From sequence record MN895435.1: a stretch of 64,000 nucleotides of DNA. One strand, 5' to 3'. How positions within the stretch are numbered: position 1 is the first letter of the stretch; each line of letters opens with the position of its first letter. The translations under genes and the position numbers were made by a program. This DNA comes from Escherichia phage teqhal. Positions 40,097 to 50,854 of this stretch are shown here, piece after piece. The notes beneath the pieces are model-generated. The model was not told the DNA's origin, did not search any database, and was given only the letters and a program-made list of their open reading frames with translations.

Positions 40097-40392
40097 TTAG
40101 ACTATCAGCAGTAATATTATCTATTGGTCTTCTAGTTGGTTGTTCGACAAAGCCTCTAGAAGTAAAGAAAGAAACAGTTCATCCTAATTGGCCTGTGCAA
40201 ATAAAGTCATATGACGAAGCTAAACTATCTTGGCAAGTTAAAGTTATCGATGGTAAAGCTTGGGTCGGTATGCCATTTGAAGATTCTCAGGAATTTCGTA
40301 TTTGGCTTAATGATGTAAAACGATATGTACATGATCAGAAAACTATGATATGTTATTATCGCCAAGAGTTAAAAGAGGATAAATGCAAATGA
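40093..40392 (+). CDS. putative lipoprotein, 99 aa
   Basis: Signal peptide plus lipobox LVGC (MIRLSAVILSIGLLVGCSTK). Confidence 0.5.
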   Translation: MIRLSAVILSIGLLVGCSTKPLEVKKETVHPNWPVQIKSYDEAKLSWQVKVIDGKAWVGMPFEDSQEFRIWLNDVKRYVHDQKTMICYYRQELKEDKCK

Positions 40393-40613
40393 TTTCATGG
40401 CATCAATTTGAACATCTCAAAGGATTGATTTATGAATCCGAGATGGCTGCAATGATTTATGGACGCCAGATTCAACGATTAGAATCTTTACCTCCAACTA
40501 ATGATGTTTTATTAGCTCAATCACGTGCTAATCTTAAAAATGAATACCAAAATAAGTGGGGTAAAGCATCTAAAGACCTGCATGATTATATTCAATCATT
40601 GGTTGAGAAATAA
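40383..40613 (+). CDS. hypothetical protein, 76 aa
   Basis: ORF overlapping upstream stop. Confidence 0.45.
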   Translation: MQMISWHQFEHLKGLIYESEMAAMIYGRQIQRLESLPPTNDVLLAQSRANLKNEYQNKWGKASKDLHDYIQSLVEK

Positions 40614-40616
40614 TAA

Positions 40617-41841
<1,225 letters not shown>

Positions 41842-41842
<1 letters not shown>

Positions 41843-42039
41843 TGGCGTGGCATCATGAAACTTGGGCTATTATTATTGTAAATAGTGGTTTAGTCGGTAC
41901 TAGTAATGGGCAATTTTGTGTATTCACTAGTGAAATCAGAGCTTGGGAGGAATGTCTTAAATTGAGAGAAAAGAATCCTGATGTTGAACTAACAGTAAAG
42001 AAAACTAAACTGCCTTTACCATGGAAAACTTATGAATAA
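41842..42039 (+). CDS. hypothetical protein, 65 aa
   Basis: ATG overlapping the pseT stop. Confidence 0.4.
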
Positions 42040-42232
42040 CATAGAAAAGATTTATCGTCTTTGTGATAAAATTGAAAAAGAAAAGAAATATCTATTTTGT
42101 TTATGGCCTATTGTTGACGGAAGAGTAGGCTTAGATGTTCTTGATTATGAAACAGAAGACAAAGTAGATGGTTCAACTTTTGATAACGCTTTGGATGTTA
42201 TTGATTGGCTTGAAGAAAATTATGTGAGGTAA
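42032..42232 (+). CDS. hypothetical protein, 66 aa
   Basis: ORF in cd-upstream cluster. Confidence 0.45.
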   Translation: MNNIEKIYRLCDKIEKEKKYLFCLWPIVDGRVGLDVLDYETEDKVDGSTFDNALDVIDWLEENYVR

Positions 42233-42234
42233 AT

Positions 42235-42510
42235 ATGTTTCCGACTTATTCTAAAATCGTAGAAGTAGTGTTTAGTCAAATTATCGCTAATAATATGTTT
42301 GAAAAGCTTGATAACGCAGCCGAACTTCGAATCCATGCTCAAGTGACTCATGTATTAAACACTTTGCTTCCAGACCAGGTGGATTCTGTTGCCATTACGC
42401 TGTATCCAGGTTCCGCGCATATCATTGTCGTATTCGGTCTTGATGCTGAGTTAGTTATCAAAGGCGACATTCGCTTTGAATCTCAAACTGCGGAATTCAA
42501 AGCGATTTAA
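42235..42510 (+). CDS. hypothetical protein, 91 aa
   Basis: ORF with RBS. Confidence 0.5.
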   Translation: MFPTYSKIVEVVFSQIIANNMFEKLDNAAELRIHAQVTHVLNTLLPDQVDSVAITLYPGSAHIIVVFGLDAELVIKGDIRFESQTAEFKAI

Positions 42511-42572
42511 TAGTTTACTTTACAGTAGAGTTGTGATATTATGGCTCTACCAAACAAATGAGGAAATTGAAA

Positions 42573-43100
42573 ATGAGCGAATGGTTTGAAGAAGATAAGG
42601 TTTATCGCTTTAAAGCTGGATATAAAGATATTTTTAATGAAACTTGCGGGGCTAATAAACGAATTGCTCAGTTTATTGGGGAAAATTCATTTAAAGTAAA
42701 AATTGATCCCGCGAAAAATGTTATTAGCATTAAACGTGAAATTGACGATTACTGGTATAAAGCTGTTGATGTAATGGGTGAATGCTATAAAGATAGCCCA
42801 TTATTTTCAATTACTTATATGTCAGAATATTATTTTTTCGAAGAAGTTCAAAAAGATGATTCTGTCAGTAAATTTGAAATTAAAACTGATAAAGAAATTA
42901 AATGGAAAGTAGTAGGTATTACTGGTTGTATGTTTTATATCTATGCTCAAACTGATACGAAGGAAGAAGCTAAAAAGAAAGCTCTAGAATATCTTGAAGA
43001 GTATGAAGAAGGCCCGGTAATGATTACTCAAGATGCTGAATTAGTTTCTGTCAAATTAGTTAAAAACGTTGAAAGTAAGGAGCTGGGATCAACATGCTAA
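42573..43100 (+). CDS. hypothetical protein, 175 aa
   Basis: GAGGAAATTGAAAATG RBS. Confidence 0.5.
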   Translation: MSEWFEEDKVYRFKAGYKDIFNETCGANKRIAQFIGENSFKVKIDPAKNVISIKREIDDYWYKAVDVMGECYKDSPLFSITYMSEYYFFEEVQKDDSVSKFEIKTDKEIKWKVVGITGCMFYIYAQTDTKEEAKKKALEYLEEYEEGPVMITQDAELVSVKLVKNVESKELGSTC

Positions 43101-43330
43101 GTGAAAAACCGATTACTGTTAAAGAATTCCAAGAAAAAGTTAAGCTATTTGCACAGGAATTGGTAAATAAGGTTTCTGAACGATTTCCTGAAACATCGGT
43201 TCGTGTTATTACCGAAACTCCTCGTTCAGTATTAGTAATTGTGAATCCAGGTGATGGTGATCAAATAACACATCTTAAATTGGATTTTGATGGATTAGTT
43301 GAAGCACAAAGGGTGTATGGCGTACTATGA
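43094..43330 (+). CDS. hypothetical protein, 78 aa
   Basis: ORF overlapping neighbours. Confidence 0.45.
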   Translation: MLSEKPITVKEFQEKVKLFAQELVNKVSERFPETSVRVITETPRSVLVIVNPGDGDQITHLKLDFDGLVEAQRVYGVL

Positions 43331-43665
43331 TGAATTTAACTGATATAATTGATAATTGTCTTGAAAATGATACTGGCGATCATAGAGCGCTTGACTCTGA
43401 AACAGCACAGTTCATTAGAATAACTTTAATGAATGACACTCTAGTAAATAGTATTCATCCTTCTGTATATGATGCTATTATTGTGACGAAGTATCCAGTT
43501 GAGCTTCACAAAAAGATGGTTGGCGCAATTTTTATTGATAAGAAAAACCGCTTTAAAGACGGACAGAATATAATTAGTTCTGTTATTAAAAGTATAACTA
43601 AACTTCGCCATGAAATTTATCGTGTTGAAACTGCTAAATCTGCTTATCTGGTGATTATGAAATGA
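43327..43665 (+). CDS. hypothetical protein, 112 aa
   Basis: ORF overlapping neighbours. Confidence 0.5.
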   Translation: MMNLTDIIDNCLENDTGDHRALDSETAQFIRITLMNDTLVNSIHPSVYDAIIVTKYPVELHKKMVGAIFIDKKNRFKDGQNIISSVIKSITKLRHEIYRVETAKSAYLVIMK

Positions 43666-44243
43666 AAGCGAGTACAGTACTTCAAATTGCATATTTAGTA
43701 TCACAAGAATCAAAATGTTGCTCCTGGAAGGTAGGAGCAGTAATTGAAAAGAATGGACGTATTATTTCTACTGGGTATAATGGTTCACCCGCAGGAGGTG
43801 TGAACTGTTGTGATTATGCCGCTGAGCAAGGTTGGTTGCTGAATAAACCTAAACATACTATCATCCAAGGCCATAAGCCTGAATGCGTATCATTTGGTTC
43901 AACTGATCGCTTTGTCTTGGCGAAAGAACATCGTAGTGCTCACTCGGAATGGTCATCTAAAAATGAAATTCATGCTGAACTAAATGCAATTTTGTTTGCT
44001 GCACGAAATGGTTCTTCTATTGAAGGTGCTACTATGTATGTAACACTTTCTCCATGTCCGGATTGCGCAAAAGCGATAGCTCAATCTGGTATTAAAAAGC
44101 TGGTTTATTGCGAAACATACGATAAAAATAAACCTGGCTGGGATGATATTCTGCGAAATGCAGGTATTGAAGTGTTTAATGTTCCTAAGAAAAACTTGAA
44201 TAAGTTAAACTGGGAAAATATCAACGAATTCTGTGGTGAATAA
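43662..44243 (+). CDS. cd: dCMP deaminase
   Basis: 193 aa, the T4 Cd length; zinc-binding deaminase motifs HAE and PCxxC. Confidence 0.85.
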   Translation: MKASTVLQIAYLVSQESKCCSWKVGAVIEKNGRIISTGYNGSPAGGVNCCDYAAEQGWLLNKPKHTIIQGHKPECVSFGSTDRFVLAKEHRSAHSEWSSKNEIHAELNAILFAARNGSSIEGATMYVTLSPCPDCAKAIAQSGIKKLVYCETYDKNKPGWDDILRNAGIEVFNVPKKNLNKLNWENINEFCGE

Positions 44244-44479
44244 TGAAATTTCGTTTGGTAAAGCTCACAGCAATTAGTTCTTATTCTAACGAGAACATCT
44301 CATTTGCTGTAGAGTATAAGAAATATTTTTTCTCTAAATGGAAACAGTATTATAAAACTGATTGGACTAGTATTGATAGACCATATAGTTGGAAATCTGA
44401 TTTAGAAAAATGCCAAAAATTACTTTCCACCCTTAAAGAACGTGGAACAACTCATATTAAAACTGTGATAGGTAAATAA
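44243..44479 (+). CDS. hypothetical protein, 78 aa
   Basis: TAATG overlap with cd. Confidence 0.45.
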   Translation: MKFRLVKLTAISSYSNENISFAVEYKKYFFSKWKQYYKTDWTSIDRPYSWKSDLEKCQKLLSTLKERGTTHIKTVIGK

Positions 44480-44788
44480 ATGAAACTGACAACTGAGCAG
44501 AAAGTAGCAATTCGCGAAATTTTGAAAACTAAATTGTCCATGGGTGTTTCAAACGTAGTTTTTGAAAAGTCTGATGGTACTATTCGTACTATGAAAGGTA
44601 CTCGTGATGCAGACTTTATGCCAACCATGCAAACTGGTAAATTGACTGAATCTACTCGGAAAGAATCTACTGACATGATTCCAGTATTTGATGTTGAACT
44701 TGGTGCATGGCGAGGTTTTTCTATTGACAAATTGATTTCCGTTAATGGTATGAAAGTTGAGCATTTACTCCAATTTATTGGTAAATAA
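44480..44788 (+). CDS. hypothetical protein, 102 aa
   Basis: ORF with RBS. Confidence 0.5.
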   Translation: MKLTTEQKVAIREILKTKLSMGVSNVVFEKSDGTIRTMKGTRDADFMPTMQTGKLTESTRKESTDMIPVFDVELGAWRGFSIDKLISVNGMKVEHLLQFIGK

Positions 44789-44844
44789 ATGCTTTAAGAA
44801 TTATTTGTTATTATTAATTCATCTGTTAACAAAAAGGAAAAACA

Positions 44845-45180
44845 ATGTCTGAAGTACAACAGCTACCAATTCGTGCTGTCGGTGAATATGTTATTTTAGT
44901 TTCTGAACCTGCACAAGCCGGTGATGAAGAAGTTACAGAATCAGGACTTATTATCGGTAAACGTGTCCAAGGTGAAGTTCCTGAACTGTGTGTAATTCAC
45001 TCTGTCGGTCCTGATGTTCCTGAAGGTTTTTGTGAAGTTGGTGATTTGACTTCTCTTCCAGTTGGTCAAATTCGAAACGTTCCGCATCCTTTTGTAGCTC
45101 TGGGTCTTAAGCAGCCAAAAGAAATTAAACAAAAATTCGTTACCTGTCATTATAAAGCTATTCCGTGTCTTTATAAGTGA
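44845..45180 (+). CDS. 31: co-chaperonin gp31 (GroES analogue for capsid folding)
   Basis: 111 aa, the T4 gp31 length; sequence consistent with recalled gp31. Confidence 0.85.
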   Translation: MSEVQQLPIRAVGEYVILVSEPAQAGDEEVTESGLIIGKRVQGEVPELCVIHSVGPDVPEGFCEVGDLTSLPVGQIRNVPHPFVALGLKQPKEIKQKFVTCHYKAIPCLYK

Positions 45181-45188
45181 TATAAATA
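45181..45188 (+). promoter_or_regulatory. late-promoter motif TATAAATA upstream of rIII
   Basis: TATAAATA immediately after the gene 31 stop, about 140 bp upstream of rIII. Confidence 0.4.
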
Positions 45189-45327
45189 ATAATATGAATT
45201 GGGTGTCGGAATAATAAGTTAACCGAACAATTCTATGTGGTAGTCTACAACTGAGAGATCTGTCGAAAGAAGATGAAATTCAGAAGAACGTGACTACCGA
45301 GTTTTAATCTCTAACGAGAATTTTTAA

Positions 45328-45576
45328 ATGATTAAACAATTACAACACGCTCTTGAACTGCAACGAAACGCATGGAATAATGGTCACGAAAACTATGGCG
45401 CATCTATTGATGTTGAAGCCGAAGCTCTTGAAATCCTGCGTTATTTCAAACATCTGAATCCTGCTCAAACTGCATTAGCTGCTGAGCTTCAGGAAAAAGA
45501 TGAACTTAAATATGCTAAGCCTTTGGCTTCTGCTGCACGAAAAGCAGTTCGTCACTTTGTGGTAACACTGAAGTAA
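45328..45576 (+). CDS. rIII: rIII lysis-inhibition accessory protein
   Basis: 82 aa, the T4 RIII length; T4 position between 31 and the 30.x cluster. Confidence 0.8.
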   Translation: MIKQLQHALELQRNAWNNGHENYGASIDVEAEALEILRYFKHLNPAQTALAAELQEKDELKYAKPLASAARKAVRHFVVTLK

Positions 45577-45821
45577 TTTATTGGAGATTCACTGCCTTAG
45601 TGTGAGCTAAAATCGAGGAGCCATCGAACTGTCTGATTAATGATTTGCGAATCATTATAGTTTTAAGACCCCGGCAGTTTTATGGTGTACCTCTTGAATG
45701 TGAATGATGACGGGTTTATGGTTATCCTGGTCGTTAAATATTCAAAAACCTATGTTCCCCTTGAGGGCTTGCGCAGGCAATGCCAATAAGTCCTGCATTT
45801 TCATTTAAAAGAGAATTTATA

Positions 45822-45998
45822 ATGGCAAAACAAGCTAAAGCAAAGAAAGCAGTTGAAAAGAAAGTTGGTGATTCTAAACGCGCTGGTTACAAGCGTGGGT
45901 CGAACTCTCGTATCAATCAAACTGTTGAGAAGATCATGCGCCGAGCACGTGCGGTTCTTCGAGATGATGCTTCTCGTTTTGGTAAGCAGAAAGCATAA
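45822..45998 (+). CDS. small lysine/arginine-rich protein, 58 aa
   Basis: Basic sequence (MAKQAKAKKAVEKKVGDSKRAGYKRGSNSR); terminator immediately downstream. Confidence 0.45.
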   Translation: MAKQAKAKKAVEKKVGDSKRAGYKRGSNSRINQTVEKIMRRARAVLRDDASRFGKQKA

Positions 45999-46002
45999 GT
46001 TG

Positions 46003-46027
46003 AGGACTCCTTCGGGAGTCCTTTTTT
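46003..46027 (+). terminator. rho-independent terminator
   Basis: aggactcc-ttcg-ggagtcct hairpin followed by TTTTT. Confidence 0.7.
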
Positions 46028-46052
46028 ATTTTCCAAAGATTGCACAAAGTTG

Positions 46053-46081
46053 TTTACAGTATGGTTCCTTTGTGATAGTAT
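46053..46081 (+). promoter_or_regulatory. early promoter
   Basis: -35 TTTACA, 17 bp spacer, TG-extended -10 TGATAGTAT; followed by AAGGAGAATAAAATG leader. Confidence 0.5.
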
Positions 46082-46108
46082 TATCTTACACAAACAAAGG
46101 AGAATAAA

Positions 46109-46441
46109 ATGAAAACGATTAATCTGAACGCTACAGTTAAAACTAAATGCTTCAACGGTAAATATGATGAAACTATGTGGTTCTTAATGGCAGTTGAAGG
46201 TGATATTATTGAAGTAGAAACAACAGAAGGTATGGGAACAGATTTCACCTTTACAATTCAAGTTCATAATTTCTTTACTGGTTGGATTTATGAATTGAAT
46301 ACAGTAATCGTTGGAAAAATTGAACAAAATGAATTAGGCGAATGGCATTATGTTACAGCTCGCCAACGTGCCGAACGCTTAATTGAGAAGATGAAAAAAG
46401 TTGGTAAACTTGACATGCAGCATTGGAAAGTAGTAAAATAA
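46109..46441 (+). CDS. hypothetical protein, 110 aa
   Basis: ORF with conserved leader. Confidence 0.5.
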   Translation: MKTINLNATVKTKCFNGKYDETMWFLMAVEGDIIEVETTEGMGTDFTFTIQVHNFFTGWIYELNTVIVGKIEQNELGEWHYVTARQRAERLIEKMKKVGKLDMQHWKVVK

Positions 46442-46509
46442 TTGTTTACTTTGGTACAGGATATGATATTATATACCTGTACCGCAATTAAACATCTCGG
46501 AGAATAAAA

Positions 46510-46875
46510 ATGAACTACATCAACTTTGAACGTAAATATGTTTCTAATGGTATTGCAGGTTCTATTGATACTATTTGCCTTTGGAAACATCAAAATGGAT
46601 CAGTATGCGAAATTGAACAGTATATGACTCCTAACTACGTTTATATGCGATTTGAAAACGGTATCACGGTTTCAATCACGATGGAAGGTTCCAACTTTAA
46701 AATCGCTCTGGATGATGATTTCCGTCAACGCGATTTAGGGACTCATCCTTGCTGGAATGGTGTTAATCGTAAACTCTTAGTTAAAACTTGGATTCGTCAT
46801 ATTCTGAGTAACAAAGCCAAACCTGAGCATCTTGAAGCAATCTTTGATGTAGTTCTTAATGAATTTGATATTTAA
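46510..46875 (+). CDS. hypothetical protein, 121 aa
   Basis: ORF with GGAGAATAAAAATG leader; promoter-like sequence with stem-loop upstream. Confidence 0.5.
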   Translation: MNYINFERKYVSNGIAGSIDTICLWKHQNGSVCEIEQYMTPNYVYMRFENGITVSITMEGSNFKIALDDDFRQRDLGTHPCWNGVNRKLLVKTWIRHILSNKAKPEHLEAIFDVVLNEFDI

Positions 46876-46916
46876 AATAAAATGAGGGGCTTTGGCCCCT
46901 TACTGAGGAAAATGTT

Positions 46917-47204
46917 ATGTTTATGACTACTTATTTTGATACCCGTAAAAACTTCTGCGAAGTAGTTTTCTCAAAGTCGCCTAAAGACCTTCCTGCACAT
47001 TTGCAACCTACTAGCGAATCGATTAAAAACTACGTTGATGTGGTTTGTCCTTTAGAGTTTCGTACTGTAAATGGGCATGATACTTTAGCTATCACTAAAC
47101 TCAATCGCGAAATTGACATTGACCCTTCAATTGCGCGTGAAATTAACATTTCTGATATTGGCGGCGGTAATGTTAAATCGCACGGTTTTCAGATGAGGTT
47201 CTAA
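46917..47204 (+). CDS. hypothetical protein, 95 aa
   Basis: ORF with GAGGAAAATG RBS. Confidence 0.45.
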   Translation: MFMTTYFDTRKNFCEVVFSKSPKDLPAHLQPTSESIKNYVDVVCPLEFRTVNGHDTLAITKLNREIDIDPSIAREINISDIGGGNVKSHGFQMRF

Positions 47205-47401
47205 TGAAATTCTTTTTAGGTCAAACTGTTGAATTAAAGGGAGTTGGTATACCTGGATTAATTTCTAAGGTTCTACCTCCATTTAAATGGAGTGGTATTC
47301 AAATAAAAGAGGCTTATATTGTTTCCTGGGTAGATGGAAATGAAGACCTTCGTATGGGTGATGAATTATCTCCTATTTACGGATTAAAGGAACTAGTATG
47401 A
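47204..47401 (+). CDS. hypothetical protein, 65 aa
   Basis: TAATG overlap. Confidence 0.45.
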   Translation: MKFFLGQTVELKGVGIPGLISKVLPPFKWSGIQIKEAYIVSWVDGNEDLRMGDELSPIYGLKELV

Positions 47402-47604
47402 ATATAATTAATAAGATTTTTGGAATTCAGTACATTAAGGTCACATATAAAGTAACAGATAAAAATCCATATACTGATGAACATGAAGAACCACAAGTTG
47501 AGTCTATTATATTAGAAAAGGACCCTAACTGGCCAGTTGAATTTCGTCTTCCTTGCTATGGTCATTGGGCTGATGTTGAAATTATAAGTATTGAAAATGT
47601 CTGA
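47398..47604 (+). CDS. hypothetical protein, 68 aa
   Basis: ATGA overlap. Confidence 0.45.
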   Translation: MNIINKIFGIQYIKVTYKVTDKNPYTDEHEEPQVESIILEKDPNWPVEFRLPCYGHWADVEIISIENV

Positions 47605-48055
47605 GTTAGAGATTAGAAGCAATTTTAGGTGGCCATCATGTGCATTAAGTAATTTCGCCCATTGGCCTTTCGTTATGGATGGTATTCAATTTGGAGGTCT
47701 CGAAGGATTCCTTCAAGGGTGTAAGGTGAAAAATGTTGAACAACAACGTCGTATATTTGGGTTATCCGGTCTTGCCGCCCAACAAGCTGGAAGGTCTTAT
47801 GCAAGAGCTCAGGACCGTGGGACCCTCTTCTGGCTTGGAGTTCCGTTTTCAAGATACTCCCCAGCGTGGAAAGAATTATACACAAATGCATATTTTGAAG
47901 CAGCGATCCAAAACAGGGGCTTTCGTGATGCATTACAAGCCTCGAAAGGAAAAGTTTTGAAGCACAGCATGGCTAGTGGTCTAACAAAAGATGATACAAT
48001 ACTAACCGAAGCTGAATTTATTGATGTGTTAAACCTATTAAGAGACTCTCTATGA
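47591..48055 (+). CDS. NADAR/YbiA-like (DUF1768) protein, candidate ADP-ribose-processing or N-glycosidase enzyme
   Basis: 154 aa; motif LSNFAHWPFVMDGIQF then EGFLQGCKV resembles the E. coli YbiA/NADAR core as recalled; ORF is visibly more GC-rich than its surroundings. Confidence 0.5.
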   Translation: MKMSELEIRSNFRWPSCALSNFAHWPFVMDGIQFGGLEGFLQGCKVKNVEQQRRIFGLSGLAAQQAGRSYARAQDRGTLFWLGVPFSRYSPAWKELYTNAYFEAAIQNRGFRDALQASKGKVLKHSMASGLTKDDTILTEAEFIDVLNLLRDSL

Positions 48056-48888
48056 AGCCTACTATTTTAACTGATATTGATGGAGTATGTTTAAGCTGGC
48101 AATCAGGACTTCCTTATTTTGCCCAGAAATATAATCTTCCGTTGGAACATATTTTAAAAATGATCCAAGATGAGAAATTTATTTCTCCAGGTAAACTTTT
48201 TAATTGTGATGAAGAACTTGGCGTCAAGTTAATTGAAAAATACAATCGTTCAGATTTTATTCGTTACTTGTCTCCATATAAAGATGCCCTGTGTGTAATT
48301 AACAAATTAAAAGAAGATTATAATTTTGTAGCTGTTACAGCATTGGGTGATTCTATTGACGCTCTGCTGAATCGTCAATTTAATTTGAATGCTCTTTTTC
48401 CTGGTGCCTTCTCAGAAGTATTGATGTGTGGTCATGATTCTTCAAAAGAAGAGTTGTTTAAAAAGGCAAAAGAGAAATATAACGTAATTTGTTATATTGA
48501 CGATCTCGCTCACCACTGCGATCATGCGAGTGAAATATTACGTGTTCCTGTGTATTGGATGGCTCGAGGGGAACGTGACAGTATTCCAAAAACCGCTCAG
48601 CGAGTTTATACATGGAACGATGTAGAGAATAAGCTTTTTTCACCAAAGGAAAATAAAGAAAGTTTTGATAGTGAAAAAGCTATAAAAGATGTAATTGAAA
48701 AGATGATTAAAAATGATTCTTTTCGTTGGAACACTACCTGGAGAACTCCTGGATTTAATCCTTATAATCCATATCATCCATATCAGACACATCCGTTTCA
48801 GACATGGAACTATATTAAACCTGGTGGCATAGAGTATTTGTATAATAGACCTACTAGTGGTGATAATATTTTCCAAGGAGCATTCTAA
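48052..48888 (+). CDS. HAD-superfamily-like hydrolase with Pro/Tyr/Asn-rich C-terminal tail
   Basis: 278 aa; N-terminal DIDGV (HAD motif I-like) and later DD pair; C-terminus PGFNPYNPYHPYQTHPFQTWNY. Confidence 0.45.
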   Translation: MKPTILTDIDGVCLSWQSGLPYFAQKYNLPLEHILKMIQDEKFISPGKLFNCDEELGVKLIEKYNRSDFIRYLSPYKDALCVINKLKEDYNFVAVTALGDSIDALLNRQFNLNALFPGAFSEVLMCGHDSSKEELFKKAKEKYNVICYIDDLAHHCDHASEILRVPVYWMARGERDSIPKTAQRVYTWNDVENKLFSPKENKESFDSEKAIKDVIEKMIKNDSFRWNTTWRTPGFNPYNPYHPYQTHPFQTWNYIKPGGIEYLYNRPTSGDNIFQGAF

Positions 48889-49157
48889 TGTTTGTTGTTC
48901 ACACTATTTATGAAAATGAAGGTAATACTACACGTGATTACGGTCACGTAAATCAATTTTTTAGATGCAATCCAGAATTCCGAGCTCAAAAAGACGAACG
49001 AATTTTTAAAAAATGTGTAGAGCAAGGTTTCATTTACGTCAAACACTGGATGCAAGGAAATAAAGTTAGAACCACGTACCACAGGTCTTTGACTGAGCTT
49101 AATGATGAATTGATTTATAATAGAGCTGTAAACCAAACTCTAAAGGATGAACAATGA
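48888..49157 (+). CDS. hypothetical protein, 89 aa
   Basis: TAATG overlap; immediately upstream of gene 30. Confidence 0.45.
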   Translation: MFVVHTIYENEGNTTRDYGHVNQFFRCNPEFRAQKDERIFKKCVEQGFIYVKHWMQGNKVRTTYHRSLTELNDELIYNRAVNQTLKDEQ

Positions 49158-50617
49158 TTCTTAAAATTCTGAACGAAATAGCATCTATTGGTTCAACTAA
49201 GCAGAAGCAAGCAATTCTTGAAAAGAATAAAGATAATGAATTGCTTAAACGAGTATATCGTCTGACTTATTCTCGTGGGTTGCAGTATTATATCAAGAAA
49301 TGGCCTAAATCTGGTATTGCTACCCAGAGTTTTGGAATGTTGACTCTTACCGATATGCTTGACTTCATTGAATTCACGTTAGCTACTCGGAAATTGACCG
49401 GAAATGCGGCAATTGAGGAATTAACTGGATATATTGCTGACGGTAAAAAAGATGATGTTGAAGTTTTGCGTCGGGTGATGATGCGAGACCTTGAATGCGG
49501 TGCTTCAGTATCTATTGCAAACAAAGTTTGGCCAGGTTTAATTCCTGAACAACCTCAAATGCTTGCAAGTTCTTATGATGAAAAAGGCATTAATAAGAAT
49601 ATCAAATTTCCAGCTTTTGCCCAGTTAAAAGCTGATGGAGCTCGGTGTTTTGCTGAAGTTAGAGGTGATGAATTAGATGATGTTCGTCTTTTATCACGAG
49701 CTGGTAATGAATATCTAGGATTAGACCTTCTCAAAGAAGAGTTAATCAAAATGACCGCTGAAGCCCGCCAGATTCATCCAGAAGGTGTGTTAATTGATGG
49801 CGAATTGGTATACCATGAGCAAGTTAAAAAGGAGCCAGAAGGCCTAGATTTTCTTTTTGATGCTTATCCTGAAATTAGTAAAGCTAAAGAATTCGCCGAA
49901 GTAGCTGAATCACGTACTGCATCTAATGGCATCGCCAATAAATCTTTAAAGGGAACCATTTCTGAAAAAGAAGCACAATGCATGAAGTTTCAGGTCTGGG
50001 ATTATGTCCCGTTGGTAGAAGTATACGGTCTTCCAGCATTTCGCTTGAAATATGATGTACGTTTTTCTAAATTAGAACAAATGACATCAGGCTATGATAA
50101 AGTAATTTTAATTGAAAACCAGGTAGTAAATAACCTAGATGAAGCTAAGGTAATTTATAAAAAGTATATTGACCAAGGTCTTGAAGGTATTATTCTCAAA
50201 AATATCGATGGATTATGGGAAAATGCTCGTTCGAAAAATCTCTATAAATTTAAAGAAGTAATTGATGTTGATTTAAAAATTGTAGGAATTTATCCTCACC
50301 GTAAAGACCCTACTAAAGCAGGTGGATTTATTCTTGAGTCAGAGTGTGGAAAAATTAAGGTAAATGCTGGTTCAGGCTTAAAAGATAAAGCCGGCGTAAA
50401 ATCACATGAACTTGACCGTACTCGCATTATGGAAAACCAAAATTATTATATTGGAAAAATTCTAGAGTGCGAATGCAACGGTTGGTTAAAATCTGATGGC
50501 CGCACTGATTACGTTAAATTATTTCTTCCAATTGCGATTCGTTTGCGTGAAGATAAAACTAAAGCTAATACATTCGAAGATGTATTTGGTGATTTTCATG
50601 AGGTAACTGGTTTATGA
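49154..50617 (+). CDS. 30: ATP-dependent DNA ligase
   Basis: 487 aa, the T4 ligase length; adenylation motif KADGAR. Confidence 0.9.
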   Translation: MILKILNEIASIGSTKQKQAILEKNKDNELLKRVYRLTYSRGLQYYIKKWPKSGIATQSFGMLTLTDMLDFIEFTLATRKLTGNAAIEELTGYIADGKKDDVEVLRRVMMRDLECGASVSIANKVWPGLIPEQPQMLASSYDEKGINKNIKFPAFAQLKADGARCFAEVRGDELDDVRLLSRAGNEYLGLDLLKEELIKMTAEARQIHPEGVLIDGELVYHEQVKKEPEGLDFLFDAYPEISKAKEFAEVAESRTASNGIANKSLKGTISEKEAQCMKFQVWDYVPLVEVYGLPAFRLKYDVRFSKLEQMTSGYDKVILIENQVVNNLDEAKVIYKKYIDQGLEGIILKNIDGLWENARSKNLYKFKEVIDVDLKIVGIYPHRKDPTKAGGFILESECGKIKVNAGSGLKDKAGVKSHELDRTRIMENQNYYIGKILECECNGWLKSDGRTDYVKLFLPIAIRLREDKTKANTFEDVFGDFHEVTGL

Positions 50618-50802
50618 AAGCTTACTTAGAAACAGTTGTCGTAGCTCAAAAAGAAGGTGGAGATGTTTCTACTTCTGTATCACAAGTCGTTCTCGAATTT
50701 GTAGATGCATATGCTTATAATAAATTTACAGAAACATTTGATGCCTATGAAAAAGGTCCAAAGTTTGAAATATACCGTACTCTCTTACCACTAGATTATT
50801 AA
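50614..50802 (+). CDS. hypothetical protein, 62 aa
   Basis: ATGA overlap with ligase stop; followed by hairpin. Confidence 0.45.
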   Translation: MKAYLETVVVAQKEGGDVSTSVSQVVLEFVDAYAYNKFTETFDAYEKGPKFEIYRTLLPLDY

Positions 50803-50818
50803 AGGCCTTCGGGCCTTT
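50801..50818 (+). other. UUCG tetraloop hairpin (weak terminator or stability element)
   Basis: aaaggcc-ttcg-ggccttt. Confidence 0.4.
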
Positions 50819-50854
50819 AATTTTATAAATAGAATAAACACTAGAGAGGATATG

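Noticed and set aside
45577-45821. Possible tRNA or other RNA gene in the GC-richer spacer after rIII
   Set aside because: No cloverleaf with a GTTC-type T-arm could be identified by eye; kept only as a low-confidence structured-RNA finding
48458-49136. Minus-strand ORFs overlapping the HAD-like gene and its neighbour (48458..48646, 48640..48876, 48885..49136)
   Set aside because: Antisense to + strand genes that have proper start contexts and overlapping stop/start coupling
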